Translations under genes and position numbers: made by a program
In this document: piece by piece, positions 1 to 18,271 of the stretch
Layout: the number at the start of each line of letters is the position of its first letter
Numbering within the stretch: position 1 is the stretch's first letter
DNA from: Zygnema circumcarinatum SAG 698-1b
Taxonomy: Eukaryota > Plantae > Zygnematophyceae
Length of the DNA: 64,000 nucleotides
Assembly: GCA_037447605.1 (NCBI GenBank)
Contig: CM074808.1
Location: forward strand, 1,860,001 to 1,924,000
Direction: 5' to 3'
The notes under the pieces: generated by a model
Seen by the model: only the letters and a program-made list of their open reading frames with translations
Told to the model about the DNA's origin: nothing
Database searches by the model: none

Positions 1-3000
1 GAATGGACGGCAGGCAGCTGAGGAGCCAAGAAATGTGCAAACGAACATTCGTAATTCGAGCTCAAGTGGCGCCACAACCTCGCAATTGGGCAGGAAGGTC
101 CTTCAACGACAATATACAAAGATGGTGAAAGCCTTTTCCGAGCTACGTTTGCAGACGTGTTTGAGTTGAATGCTGTATTTAGAAGTATGTTACAACAAGG
201 ACATTGGAGCTCTTTTCCAGCTATCCATGAGATCGTGGCAAAGCACAGAGTCTTTCGAAACCTTCTGTACAACTTTTGAGTCAGAGGTCATTTTCTTGTT
301 GCTTACTTGTCCTTCTCCACCTTGAAGTTGCTTTGGTTTGGAGTTCGCCATTCCAGTGGTGAACAATGTGTACTAGGCAAAAATCGTGTACAGAGTAAAG
401 CGATCGTACACGAGGAGCAGGAACGCGTCACCGCGTCTGATGAAGTTGGGTCTGATGCAGGTGGTGACTCCAAGCTACCGTGCTCCCGAGGTGGTGATGT
501 CGCGCGGGCAGTACACCTCCGCCATCGACATGTACTGCACTCAAGGCCTTGGCTCAGCTGACTTCCATGCTTGCAGCCACGTGGTTTCAGTTCAGTTGCT
601 AAGTAAGCACACGTGCTTGCATCAGTGTGGCCATGTGCCTCTGCACTTTGCATTGTCCGTCACTGTGGAAATTTCTGACTTTGCATTGTCTTTGGTTGGT
701 CTGCACCATCCTGAACTGTTTGCTATCAAATTGTAATCCTTTAATCCAACAGTCTTCAACTAGCAGACTCGGCCGTGCCGTTTGTGCCATGTCGTTGTAA
801 CAACGTTCATTTTAGGCTTGCATTATTTGTAAAACACGGTGGAGGATTGAGAGTCAAGCCTGCTTTGCTCATGTAGGTTCACTTCGTGTGTGTGTTCGTG
901 GCAAGCTGTCAGACATGCTCATGTTTGGGTCCGTTCTTAACTGCGCTGCTTGCTGGGATTTTGGGGATTACGATACAGATGGTCTGTTGGCTGCATCTTT
1001 TGGGTAAGCGTACCACCTGGACAAACATGAACATTCAGATGCACGATATGCGCAGTCGTGCCTTATCTTCAGGACGCCTTGAAGCGCATCATAAACAGTA
1101 CTGATTATCAAGATCCATGTGTTTTAATGTGGTTATGCATGATGTTAATGAGTTTATCGACACTGCATCACATGACAGGAACTCCTCATGCGCCAAATGA
1201 ATCCCCGAAGACCAGGACCTCCATCACGACCCCTTTTTGGAGTGCGGTGAGTGGTTTTCAGCTGATCGGCTGCAGTGGTACCGTTTTGATTGTGCCGTTT
1301 CTCTGCGTGAAGAGAGTGGATAGGTACTGGCCTGTTGTTGGCACACCAAATACGTTGTCATAAATTGCCTCCCATCAGGCAGCTGTCTAAGCTAATGAAT
1401 AGATTAGACTCTCCAAGCAAGTAGCAATGAAATTTGACACCTCAGCCAAAGGAGGAGTAAGTCCCTTTCACTCACGTGAAGGAATGAAGACAATGTGATC
1501 TAAAAAGAAGCAATAAGATGGCTGGCTTAGTTTATGCAGAGTATGGCTGGACTTGCCTATGAGAGTGTGGAGACGAATGGGAATTCAGGGATGCTGGGAA
1601 ACAGAGGAGAACCTGCCACTCCAGAGCATGGGGAGCTGTACATTGAAGATGGCGACTCCCCCCTGGCAGAGCAGGTATGGGTGATCGTGGACTACCTGTG
1701 CGGAGGTTGAGTTATGCGAATGTGGCTGAGGGATTGTTGTTGCAAGCATCGTAAGATTGGGACCGTTCTCTCGTCCTAATTGCTCAATGGTTTGATGCAC
1801 GTGGGTTTGTTGCAGCTGGATGTCATATTTGATGTCATCGGGACTCCGTGCTGGAAAGACATTGAAAGTGTGCCAAGCGATCCTTGGCGTTCATATCTCA
1901 AACGGCTGCCTGGTCGGGTAAGGATTATTGCCAAATTCGCAGAATCATGTTCTGGGTCATGCTTGGAAGGCATTTCTGTTTAAGTCGTCGCATGATGTCT
2001 TTGTTGTATGAGCTGAGATTCCTGATCAGTCCTTATTGTCTCATTCTGTTCAATATAGTTTTTTTTGCTTTTTGTCGATAGCCTGCCAATCCGTACACTT
2101 TGGAAGACCCTAACTTCTGAAGTTTCAGAAGTCAGAGTGACGCTCAGAGTGTATTTTGACTTCTAACTGGCTCATTGGATGTAAGCAGGCTGGCAATCTG
2201 GCTGCGCAAATGTCTGCTTGTGGTGACCGGGAGGCAGTTGACCTTTTGACGCGCATGCTGGCTTTTGACCCGGCTCGACGATGCACGGCAGAAGAGGCAC
2301 TTTCTCACACCTATGTAAGGACAACTGGTTCAAGCACAACCATGCAGGAAGCCAAATATCCAGCTAGAGTAGCTTATGGGGAGCCAAATGCTTTTGTGCT
2401 ATGCTTTTTGAAACAGACTGTGCTTTTCCGGCGTTGCAAATGCTTTTTTCCTTAAGGAGAAATCGAAATTGACACTGCTTATATAGTACGTCGAGGTCTG
2501 TCTGAGAGGAAGAAAAGGAATGTGAAAGAACTGGTCTGGATTTGCGTCTGGATTTTCATTTATCTTGAAAGGGATTCTCAATCATTTAGGGACCGTTTCT
2601 TTAACTGTAGCAATGTCCGTGCTGACAGTGGGTTGTCGTAGGAACGATGACTTAGTGTTGCTGAAGCATATTGAAAGAGGTCGTGTAAGTGAGTTTTGGC
2701 CGCCTCTGACTTCCTACTACTGACAAACCATCCGTGGTATCATCCATCCATCCATCTGTGGTATCCGTGATTCATTTCATCTATGGTGTTTCATTACATA
2801 TACACAGGGAACACGTCGTCTTCACCCCATAGAGCTGCAACACGCAATTGCATATAGCTCTGATTTGAGGGACCACCAGATAGATTTCTGACCATTAACC
2901 GACCATTTTAGAGTTTTCTTCTAAGTTATTTATTTATTCAGTTGAGTTCTGAGTTTCAAGTTCCAAAGTATCAGCAGTCCGGTCAAACAGTAGTAATTTT

Positions 3001-4817
3001 TTGTCTTTAAATTCCTCAATACATTATTTGGTAGTTATCGATATAGCTAGATCTCTGTTCGGTTCAGTTATGCACCAGTAATAAGGGGTTTATAGGAATG
3101 CATCAAAGACCATTTCGTGGCCCTCAGTAGTCTTTGCCTTTGCTGTCTACACCATGACTTACAATTGATGGAATTCGCTAATCAGAAACTGGCATAAAAA
3201 ACTCAACATCACACAAACATTTTCAATGTGTTGGCTTGTTTCAACAATTGTGCCATCGATGGCTGTCACGGGATTGGATGGAGGCTGCCAAAGTCTGAGG
3301 GATTGGGGCTCTCTTGTATGCAGTTTTCCAACTTCAAACAGCCTCCAGATGTTGGAGTACCGGTGAAGCCCGAAGAGATACCAGTGATGCTTCCGGAAGA
3401 CCAACACTTCTGGCAGACCAGTGATGCAGCTGTGGCTCTCGGCCTCCTAGAGGTGCAGTCCCTCTTCTATCTCTCCTGGAGGAGTTCATGAAAGCCCAGC
3501 AATGTTGTTTTTGATAGGCAATGACGATTCTCCGGTCCTTGCTTCGTTCAAGGTGTGCCAGCTGGCAATATCCTGTTGAGGCAGGTTTCAATTACCAATC
3601 TCTGACGGAATTTAAAGTACTGTCCAATGCTCTACTATTTAGGATGCTCACTTGTTTGCCTTCCCTGAGTGGGGTCCTCTTATGTTTTGATCTTTCTTCG
3701 CCCTCTTCGCCCTTATCTCCTTATGATTCACACTTTTGCTGTACATGGTGTTTGGCGGTGTGATAGTGGTTTATAGAACCTGAACTGTTGGCTGGGGCTT
3801 TGCCTTGCTCAGAAGGAACTTGAGCAGTCAACCCATGATGCTGATGGTGGGCGACGAAAGTTGGAGTGGCTTCTGGCACGAGAAGCTGAAGGACAGCAAC
3901 AGCAGCATATGGGCAGGCAGCAGTCCGCGCTTGCCTTGCAGCAGCAGCAGCAACTGCACTACCTCGCATCAGCCCATGTAACCGCACAGGCTGTTCAGGC
4001 CGCCCAACTTCAAGCAGTGCAAATGCAGGCTGCTTCCCAATACAATGCACAGCTGCAGGCTTTCCAGATGCAGCAGTTTGCCTTGCCGGGAGTGATTCCT
4101 GCCACCTTAGGGCAGCTTGGAGGGCAGCTTGGCCCCATGGGTACACAGATAATGGCGATTCCTGCAATGGCCCCGCAGCCCATCGCCGTGCAACTTGCGC
4201 CTATGGGTCTGAATGGAAGCAATGGGACATGGCAGGCAGAGTGGGCACAACCTGGAGGGGCAGTAGATGGCACCCTGGGCTACCCTGTAATGGCACCCGG
4301 CCCCCCTATGGACCCAAATTGCTCTGGGGCGGACTTGAATGGGTTGGCGGCTAGTGATTCAAAAGCCAATGGCAGAACTAGGCAATCTCGCACCATCATA
4401 AGGCAGGGGTCTTTAAGAATAGAGCGCAATTCTGTTGTGGACCTTAGCAAGCAGCAGCGGCTGGCAGCCGAAAATGTTCGAAGTACGCGGTCATCCGCCA
4501 TGGCTGATGCGGCTGCTGCGGCAGTGGCTGCGGTAGACGGCAATCCAAGCAACGGAATCTCCTCTCGAAGAGCGAGTGCTTCTAGGCCTCCAGTGCCGCG
4601 GTCAACAGCAGGGAGGGGGGCTTCAAATATGGCAAAGCAAGCGGGTTCAGCTTCAGATTCAGCAAGGACTGCTTCGTCTGGAAAAGGGAGAGGGAGGATG
4701 TCAGCAACATTGGAGTTATCCGATGATGTCTTCATGCCTCGAAGGTCTCCTCGTCTTCGTGACCTTCAAGCAGAAGAGCTTCCTCACAGAAAGAGAGTTG
4801 CTTTACGGGCTGAGTGA
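1..4817 (+). CDS. CMGC/MAPK-like Ser/Thr protein kinase, multi-exon, 5' part outside the window, with a long Gln-rich low-complexity C-terminal exon
   Basis: Exons read ...LQRQYTKM (to 124, GT at 125) / VVTPSYRAPEVVMSRGQYTSAIDM (from 461, after CAG) / ...SPLAEQ / LDVIFDVIGTPCWKDIE...YLKRLPGR / ...AVDLLTRMLAFDPARRCTAEEALSHTY, i.e. kinase subdomains VIII-XI. ORF 3861-4817 is inferred, not proven, to be the last exon of the same gene. Confidence 0.8.
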
Positions 4818-5536
4818 CTCGTACAGGATGGGGCTTTCCTGCCCGTTCTTAGAAACTGGTTCAGTCAGGTGACGCGCCTACATTGTAGATGTGAAAATTA
4901 CATTGTATAGTTAAGGTAAATGCAACCTGCCCTCAAACTGAGGGTAGTCGCCTGAATTTGTTTGAAGTTCAGGGAATGCTGTCGCTGGGGAGACGCAACG
5001 ACTGTGTATAGTAGAGGCAGGCGAGGATTAGGGCTTCTCTTCCAGCAGCGGCTAGTATTGGCGTAATAAGGGTTACCCCGTCCGCATAATCATTATGGGG
5101 CCTTGGAGCCAAGTTGTTTCCAAGCCCCCTCCACGGCGTAAAATAGTCGTGTAATGGAAAGCCAATGTGCTTTCAGTTCCATATTCTTTCGACGTGAAGG
5201 CTTTATCATTTTTGTAATTTTTTTTTTTATGGTGCAATAAATACTTTCTGAGCTGGGACTGCGTTGCTGGACTGCTCCAGTGGTGAGTGGAGGAGCTGAG
5301 TATAAAAAATTGAGACATGACTTATCTTATATGTGCATGCAACATTGGCAGAAGAACATTTTTGGGGTTTGAAAGGAAAGTATGGAACTGGTCATTGCGG
5401 CTTTTGGAAAGCCAACGCCATTTATTGCCCACTACTGTGCAACGGGAACGGAGCAAGGGACAGGGAAGCGCCAGCATGGAACAGGCACGCCTTCGGGGGC
5501 AAGCTCCAGTGCCATGGTGGGGAGGCGCGGGCAGTC

Positions 5537-7648
5537 ATGGAGGCAGAGCCATGCGTGTTCTGCCGCATGGCGAAAGGCCATGTCGCTGGTTGCACAACAC
5601 GCATCCTCCTCAAGGTGGCAAGGCTTGGCCGCCTCGCTTTTCGTAAAACGTTGACCTTCATCATGCAGCGCGCGGCTCAAAGACCGAGCACTGAACACAT
5701 TCAAACATAATTTCTTTTCAAACAGCGTGGAGTAGAGAGTGACAGTGTCATGCTTTTTTTCTTTCACGCAGGATGATGCAATCATGGCATTTGAAGATAT
5801 CAGCCCCGCTGCCTTGAGGTGAGCTATTGGTTCTTGTTTCGAAGGAACCTCCACCAATGCAGTGTATTGTTACTGAAGAGACAAAAAAATAAGCGAAAAA
5901 AAAATGAATCTGCAATAAAACAAGTAAACTACAGATAGCCCCATGACGTGCCTAAGCTGTCATTCGTGTTACTTCTGCAATGTAAGTTTTTTATTATATT
6001 CGTGTTTCAAGACGTAGAATCAGATTGTGTCAGAGCTATTTTCGTAGGCAGAGGCAATTGACACGCTTGATTTGATGTATACTCAAGTTGCAACTTTGTA
6101 ACTTGCATCATGAACATTCGGCTTGTCGATGCTTGAAATCGATTTATAAAGCCTCTAGATTTCCTTGCAACGACCTCTCTGTTCAACTGGTGCCAAGCAG
6201 TTATTCCTCGTACTTAAAGCCGACAAATGTGATGCAAATTGTCCCAAATGTGGTGCTAACCTCGAGGTGTTTCTTGTATAGCATGAGTGTGGCGCAAGGC
6301 AGTGTAGCTCCCTGGCTTTCTGAGGATTATGCAGACCTTGGATGAAAAAAAAACACTTAAAATAGAAGTTTTTGTTGCGAATCAAATTTCTTACTTTTGC
6401 CCAAGAAGATTCATCCATGGAGCTTTTTCGCAGCTGCAACTGCCTGACAGTGAGCAGATATAACGAAAAAGTTGACTTACCATTCTCTAATGAGGGAATG
6501 GGGAAGCATGCAGGCACTATTTGGTCATCCCTTTGGACCATGTCAGGAATGTGGATAGTCTCAAAAGGAATGCAGAGGACTACCAGCTTGGTATGTCAGC
6601 ACACAGCTCGAGACTGACTGGCATGCGACGCTTCGCAGAGTAGGTAGGGCTACAAGAGCGCGCTTGCCTCCTTGTATTTTGTCTGTAACAGGTGGCCTGG
6701 TTGGCCCGTGTATGGTTCTCTATTCCCTTTCTTTCGCATTCACAAGTATAACGGCAAGGCCGGGCATAAGGCCGAGGTTTTCCTACTCCCCTCCTTGTAT
6801 CACAACCTTTTTGAGTAAAGGTAGCATGCTGTCCAGCGAGCTATGTTTATAGAGGAGTCCCCTCCGCACTTAGCTCGCAGAGAATGCTTGTGCAATCCTT
6901 TGTTTTGACGAATGCTAAATGTAAGCTTCCTCTTTTCCTCTTTTGCATGTGCAGTGTCGAGAATGCTGAAGGCCGGCCGAGAGCTCCTTCAACGTGATGC
7001 ACCAAGTGCAGAGAGTTTCAGGTGCTGTCACTTGAGCTGTCTTGAGCTTGTCTTGCGGAACTAGAGGGGTATTGTGGATGTTGCAGTTCCAACCTATACT
7101 CCATCGGTTTGAGTCCCATAGGGCGACCTGTTGTATAGAGAGCCAGCTCTGCTCTTGGTGCTTGCGGTTCAAAGCAGGCATCTCACAAAACTGTGGTGAC
7201 TGCCGTGTGTAACAGATTCGGTTTCCACAGGCCGCCATTCAACAGCGTGGACCACTTGCACCTTCACTGCATAGCTCTGCCGTACCGTTCCTTGTAATCT
7301 AAATGACTGTTTTTGCAAGCATCAGCGGACCGTGCAAATGCTCATCCGACGTGTAAACCTGACAAAGGGAGGCAGTGGACAGTAGTGGTCATCCTGTATA
7401 GCCGTTACAAGAGAAGGTAGATGTGAGTGGTAATCTTATAACTCAGTCCTGTGGTTCTGCATCGCCGGTGCAGGTGGCGAGGTCTGAAGTACGTCCCCCT
7501 GGGATGGTGGGGAGCGTATGTCAGTGCTGAAACGCTGCTGGAAAGGTTGGCCCCCCAGTCACCGCCTGCCGTTGACGGGAATAGAGCCAAAATGGCTGAC
7601 ATTGGGGTGCCCGGCTTGCCCAGAAAGACCGACAACACTTCAAGCTGA
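5537..7648 (+). CDS. HINT4: HIT-family nucleotide hydrolase, HINT4-like (6 exons)
   Basis: Splicing at GT-AG junctions gives MEAEPCVFCRMAKG...RILLK / DDAIMAFEDISPAALR / HYLVIPLDHV...EDYQL / SRMLKAGRELLQRDAP / FGFHRPPFNSVDHLHLHCIALPYRSL / WRGLKYVPLG...AETLLERL. The HxHxH triad and the PPFNSVDHLHLHC motif are typical of plant HINT4. Confidence 0.9.
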
Positions 7649-7932
7649 TGCTCTGCCATGTGTTAGCTTCCCACTTTAGGCACCACTACTCGTGTTCACT
7701 AGGTTCGGATCATACCATTTTGCACATGTTGTGTTAGGCTATTGGAGGTTGTATTGTAAAATTCATTTTCGAAGAACTGTAGGGCCTTCAAAGAATCGTT
7801 ATTACTGTACACCAAGGCAAACGCACGTAGTCATGGTTGTAGAGCGCTTCCTTCACCAAACCACATCGCACTCTAGCATGGTACAAAACTTGATCAAAGG
7901 ATGAATGCCACGTCTGTCCTGGTCAGAGGCCT

Positions 7933-12507
<4,575 letters not shown>

Positions 12508-12663
12508 GGTCGCCCGTTCCACTCCCTTCCCTCTCCTTTCTCACTGCCTCCTCGGAAAGAAAGCGCCTTCCTCGAAGTAGCGCCACCAAGACGGAGGCCA
12601 TGGAGGCGTGTCTCTAGGCAGGGTTCATGGAACGCTGCGGGGAGGGAGTGCGGACGAGGAGCT
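12508..12663. promoter_or_regulatory. Probable bidirectional promoter between SELO and the HI0933-family gene
   Basis: Divergent ATGs at 12507 (-) and 12664 (+) are separated by only 156 bp. Transcription starts are not known. Confidence 0.6.
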
Positions 12664-15600
12664 ATGGCCGTCTCCCCTTGCGCCTTCTGCACTCCCTCTG
12701 AGCTCTCTCCGCCTCTGCTCCGTGCTGGTGCAGTGGAGCCTCCAAATGTTTTAAAGAGTTTTCCTATTATTCGATTTGCTGGCTTTAGACAAGCTGCTCC
12801 TGTGCAAAGGTCGTCGCTCAAATGTCGCAGAAACTGGCAAGCTGCAGCTTCTGGAGTTGTTGACCGGCAGTTACAGGCACAAGGATACTTTGAGTTTGCG
12901 GATATTGAGCAGGACGTGGGATTGAGAGCAGCCCGAGGACGGGGGGATGATGGACTGCCTCAAAAGTTCAATTTAAGTGGAGAGGATAAGGTAAGCTCTG
13001 ACCCTGGCAAGGCTGATAAGTCGAACAGAATGTTGTGCAGGCTTGATCCAGCCATAAAGGGTCTTCTGTTTCTATCAGTCTTCCAAAAGTTCGCTGCACT
13101 TACATGGTGGTGTCTGCCACTCTCAAGGGGAAAACACAGTTTTCGTATTGCAATGTTGTTCTCTCATGATTGTGTCATTGATGTTGACCTGCCATGATAC
13201 AAAGTTTGTAAGTTTCATTTAATGCTCTTATCGTCTAGAATGCTCCTCTACTGGAGATGGGATTCTGCTTGTTCCTCTTCCACTTGAGTTTCTTGTGTTG
13301 TGTGCTGTGTTGGCGGGGGATGCATATGGCTGAAAGAAGGTAAAAATGGAATTACTTGATTGCGTTAAACTTGTCACCTGGGTGCTAATCATTGACAATG
13401 TTTTGGATCATGTATCTCCGGGGCCGTGTTACGCTCTCCTTGTTCGGCATTCGCTGCTTTGCCTGCCGAAGGTCCCTAGCCGTGACAGCGCATCCCCGAG
13501 ACTGGTGGTCATTGGAGGAGGCGCAGCAGGCATGTTCGGCGCAATTCGGGCAAAGGAGCTTTGTCCTTCCCTTGAAGTGACTATACTGGAGAAGGGCCAG
13601 CCTCTTGTCAAGGTGCATTCTTTTTATATGTATATGCCTGACGCAGCAAGGAATTATGGTTGCCGACTATTTACTGATGTTAGCCATCTTATTTGTTCTA
13701 TCCTCTACCTTGTTTGTCGAGAGCCCTATTGTTATCTTCCATGAGTCAGTGTACCTTAAAATCGCCATTAATTCATGTGGGAGGATGTTTCTGTAGGCAA
13801 CAAGTTAAATCACTCAACATTAAGCATGCTGTATTCCTTCGCCTAGCAACTTTATGATACCCAACAAGTCAGAATCACTCGATTGATATGCGGAAGGTCT
13901 TACGTGTCTTGTATGTTGTGTGGTTGCACAGGTGAAGGTCTCGGGGGGGGGGAGGTGTAACGTCACAACCGGCCTGTATGTTGATCCGCTGGTATGGCTC
14001 CCAAACCCTCTGTTCAAACTTTTAGAATCAATGTGAAATTTGCTACATGCTCGATCCAGTTTTGGAGTCACAGAATTGACAACGCTTGCCTTGTCCCGGA
14101 AGGGTAAATCGCTGAACATTATGGTCTGTAACATTGGATGTTCAAGCAGCCTTTGTCAGCGCAATATCCACGGGGTCATAAGGAACTTCGCGGGTCCTTT
14201 TTCCGAACACATGGACCGAGGGAAACAGCGGAATGGTTTCGGCAGAGAGGAGTTGCATTGAAGGTGCGCGCATGCTCCTCCATCTCGACCATCACAAGTG
14301 TTGGCTCTGCATAGATGAGGATAGTGCAGGCAAACTGTTCCTTCCCTGCTGAGCTTGGAGCAGAGAAGTTCAGAAGGTTATGTTCGTGCATGCACGCAGC
14401 CCTATTCCTAAGTGACGTGTATTTTGGATATAGCGTCATTTTCTCTCAGCTTTTGCTCTGGCAGGTAATCATGTGCTTTGGGCCTTCCAATTATCCCATC
14501 ACAATCAAGGGAGCAACCTTGTTGCAGCTTCTCCCCGTGGCCTGGGTTCAAAAGCCGGCGAGATGCTGTTTTGCCGCACAACGCTGCGCCTCCTTTGCTG
14601 GCCCAATCAGTACTTTCCAGCTGGAGCTGAGCTGGAGCTGAGGCTGAGGTGTCACCCCCTGTGGCTGCCACGTGTAGGCCAGACGGAGGCTGACGGCCGC
14701 ATGTTCCCCGTCAGCGACTCCTCGTCGTCCATCATAAACTGCCTCCTCGCCGAGTCTCGCCGGCTTGGAGGTCAGCGACTGCGTCTTTGCCTTTGTTTAT
14801 CTGGAAATAAGGCCGATAGCCCTCATATTCCATTCAGCTACTTTCATGAAGGATTAGTGCTCATTGCAGGGAAAGGCGGGGCACATTCATGGGCTAGTAC
14901 GATGTGTCTACTTTCTTGTGTGGATGTATGTTGACTGGATATCCTCTTGAAGTAGCGCCAACACTGTCTACTGGGAGATACAGTTATGGCAACTCGGCAA
15001 GAACTTACTCGGTAACCTTTAGAAAAGAGATTGAATACTGACTACCTTGTGTACTCCTATGCGTGGAGTCAGTGAACCTTTGTGCGAATACCGCAGTCCG
15101 GCAGGTCGCTCTCCTCCCAGAGGGCGGCTTTGCGGTGGCCATTCGGCCGGCGAACGCGAGCCGTGATCATGTTCGCGCGGACTATGTGCTGATGGCCACG
15201 GGGGGCACGCCGGAGGTACTCTGCACAAGGAGATAATTGAATTGTGTGTAAGGCTTGGAATGTGCTCTTTACATTGTTTGGAAGATTGTGTTTTGGTAGG
15301 AGTCGTCCGTTCCTGCAGCTCTGCGTTTTGCTGCTCTCATAAACTGCATTGCTATTGCCATTTGGACGGCATTGTGAGCAGGGATTCGCCCTCGCTCGAG
15401 ATCTTGGCCACACCATCATTGAACCTCGATCGAGTCTGTTCACTTTTCGAATAAAGGACTCGTCTCTCAGTGCCCTTGCGGGGGTAAGCTGCCCATGTTC
15501 TCCGGCCAGTACCTAAACTTAGTACCCCTCGGGATAAAGCAGGGTCTGCACTGGCAGATACAGACTGTATGGGAAGAGCAATGTGCGCCTTTCTACCTGA

Positions 15601-18271
15601 CCGTTGGGTGAGAAATATAGATTTACTTGCTTTTGTTTCTTACATTCAGATGATGGAGTATTCAAGTGTGGTTTAGGTGATTTTGTCTTTGTTTGAGGTG
15701 TTGATGAATGGACAATTATTTTGCTCGCATTAGAAAGTATCCTTTATGCAGTGTTTTTCAATTGTGACGGGGTGAGGAATAACCCCCATTGTCCTCATTA
15801 AACTTCCATTGCGCCCTGCATAATGTAATGTGAACAGGTGAGCTTTTCGAGTGTACGGGGTTCTCTGGAAGTGGCCGGCCTCACACAGCGAGATCCGAAC
15901 CTCACGCAGGTGAGACCACTCCTACCTTCCTCCTCGCCTAACTCTTCAGAACTTGGGATCCTCGTAGCCCCTATCCAGATAGCACATGGAAGGATTGATC
16001 GCATCCTATGGCAGGTTCTTTGTCATGAAAGTGCACATGCTTCTCTGCTCCCCCTTTTTCGCTGCAGGAAGGTCCGCTGCTGATCACCCACTGGGGAGTG
16101 AGCGGCCCTCTCGTGCTGCGCCTCTCTGCGTGGGCTGCTCGCCACCTGCACACTGCTGGCTACGCCGGTGAGGGCTCAAGCCCTGCCCTGCCGCGAGAGA
16201 GAGAGAGAGAGAACGAGAGAGAGAGAGAGAGCCTGAAAACCCAGAAGCTTCTACCCTTGATTTCAGGCATTCGGAGCACTGCTGGTTTGGCCATTGACTG
16301 TTGATATTGACAGGGAGTTTGATGCTCGACTTGGCTCCCGCACATAGTGGCGATGCGGTCATGAAGGCGCTGCTGCGGCAGAAGGAGGTGGCGGCGGTAT
16401 GTGGGACATGAGCTCCCCCTGCAGACCTTCATACGATGCATTAGTGAAGGAGGTGGAAGTGTTAGAGTCAGATGTGGGGCAAGCTGCAGTGGTTACTATA
16501 CGATGTTGTGTTATGATGGATGGTGCTCCTTTGATTCCCGATGCAGAAGAAAAAGGTTGGAGGTGGTGCTCCACCACAACTGCAGTTGCCGCGCCGCTTT
16601 TGGCTCTACATGCTCGGGAGACTGGTGAGCTACGCATATGAGTCTGTATGCAAACTCAACATCCATAGCGGAGTACTTGTCTGCAGCTAACTAGTTTTGT
16701 GTGCCCGGCTAAATCCGGCGGGTTTTGAGTGTTGCATTGTAGGAGTATGAAGCAGAGAGAGAAGATGCGTGTCAATGGAACTCGGTATTTTGTGAGGTCG
16801 ATCTCGTCGAAGGTTTTTTGTTGAACATAAGGGGCTGCTGATAGTTATCAAATTTTACTTTCAAAACAAGACCTCAGATGTGTCCATGGAGACAGGAAGT
16901 TGGTACCGCAGAAATGTGAGCATACTAGTGCTGCTGATGCAGAATCCGTGCACTTAACAGAAGAGAGACTGCAGTTTTGATTGTTTGACGAGGTATGAAG
17001 TAGAGTTCTGAAGTTTGAATTGGAGGCAGGATGTGGATGCCGAGGGCCTGTGGGCGGCCGCCCCCAACAGTGCGCTGCAGCGGTTGGCCGGCCTTGTGAA
17101 GCGACTCGAGCTTCATATTTCCGGCAAAGTATGCACTTCACAATGTTCGGTGGCTGGCAGATTCTTAGGAATGAAAAGTTGGTCGAAAGGGCATGGAGAG
17201 ATGCAGGCCCTTGGCATGTTGGAATAGGATGTGGTCGCCTTGTTGAAGCTGACTTCTGTTCATGTTGTTTCTGGCCGCTTCTTGTGTGTTGCAAAAGCTG
17301 GGTCTCAACCATGAAGCTTAGATTTTATTAGCTTTGTCGAAGTATACCTTAGACCTGGCCCTCAGAAGCAACTCCGGACGAAGTCGTCATTACAGCAACA
17401 GCTGGAAGCTTGGGGTTATGAGATGGTTAGTTTTGTTTGTGACTACTAGGGTGGTGCATTGTGCTCGATTTGAGCATAAGGATAATGGAGGCTTCGTGCA
17501 GGGAGAATTCAAGGAGGAGTTTGTGACTGCGGGTGGAGTTCCACTAAAAGAGGTGAGGCTGTCTGACCACCTGTCAGGCTGTCACCATTCCTCGGTTACT
17601 ACGGCTGCTTTACGAGCTGCATTACGCACTTTCTCTCGCGAGTTACGAAATGGGTTGTTTGTGTGGCCTTGCGAAAAAAGAAGTCAGTTGGGTTTGTGGG
17701 GTTCGTTGCAGCTGGAATTGAGGACAATGGAAAGTAAGCTGCGGACAGGGCTGTACTTTGCAGGAGAGGTGAGGGCCACGTGAGCCGGTCTTAGCGATGC
17801 AAAGCTTGCACCTGTTTTCAAAGGCACTAACGGTTATGAACGCAGTGGTGATTGTATGCAGGAGTGTGAAGTCCTGTATATGCTATTCCTCTGCTGAATA
17901 TTGGTTGTATAGTGCTGCATGTTCGGCACAGCGCTGATTGCACATGAGAGATATGCTGTGGGTTTTTCGGCTTGCTGCAGGTGGTGGATGTGGATGGGCT
18001 GACAGGTGGATTTAACTTTCAGGTGAATCCATGAACTATACTACTCAAGGAAGCTGGCGATTTTGATGATGTTCTGATGAGGCCGGATTTGTTTTTTTCT
18101 TGCGACATCATTATCGTCATGCTTCAAGGCCTGGCTGACTGAGCCATTGAAGTGTGCTCAAGTTTCCCGATTTGTTTCTGGCAGAATGCATGGACGGGCG
18201 GATACATAGCAGGCAGCAGCGTGGCTCGAGCTGCATTGGCGAGTGCTGCAGGCCTGCAGGCCTCGGCGTGA
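12664..18271 (+). CDS. HI0933/YhiN (BaiN-like) NAD(P)/FAD-dependent oxidoreductase, multi-exon, with a transit-peptide-like N-terminus
   Basis: Motifs [102 protein letters not shown] and AWTGGYIAG, with stop at 18269-18271. Confidence 0.92.
16195..16231. repeat. (GA)n microsatellite in an intron
   Basis: Direct reading of an interrupted GA run. Confidence 0.9.
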
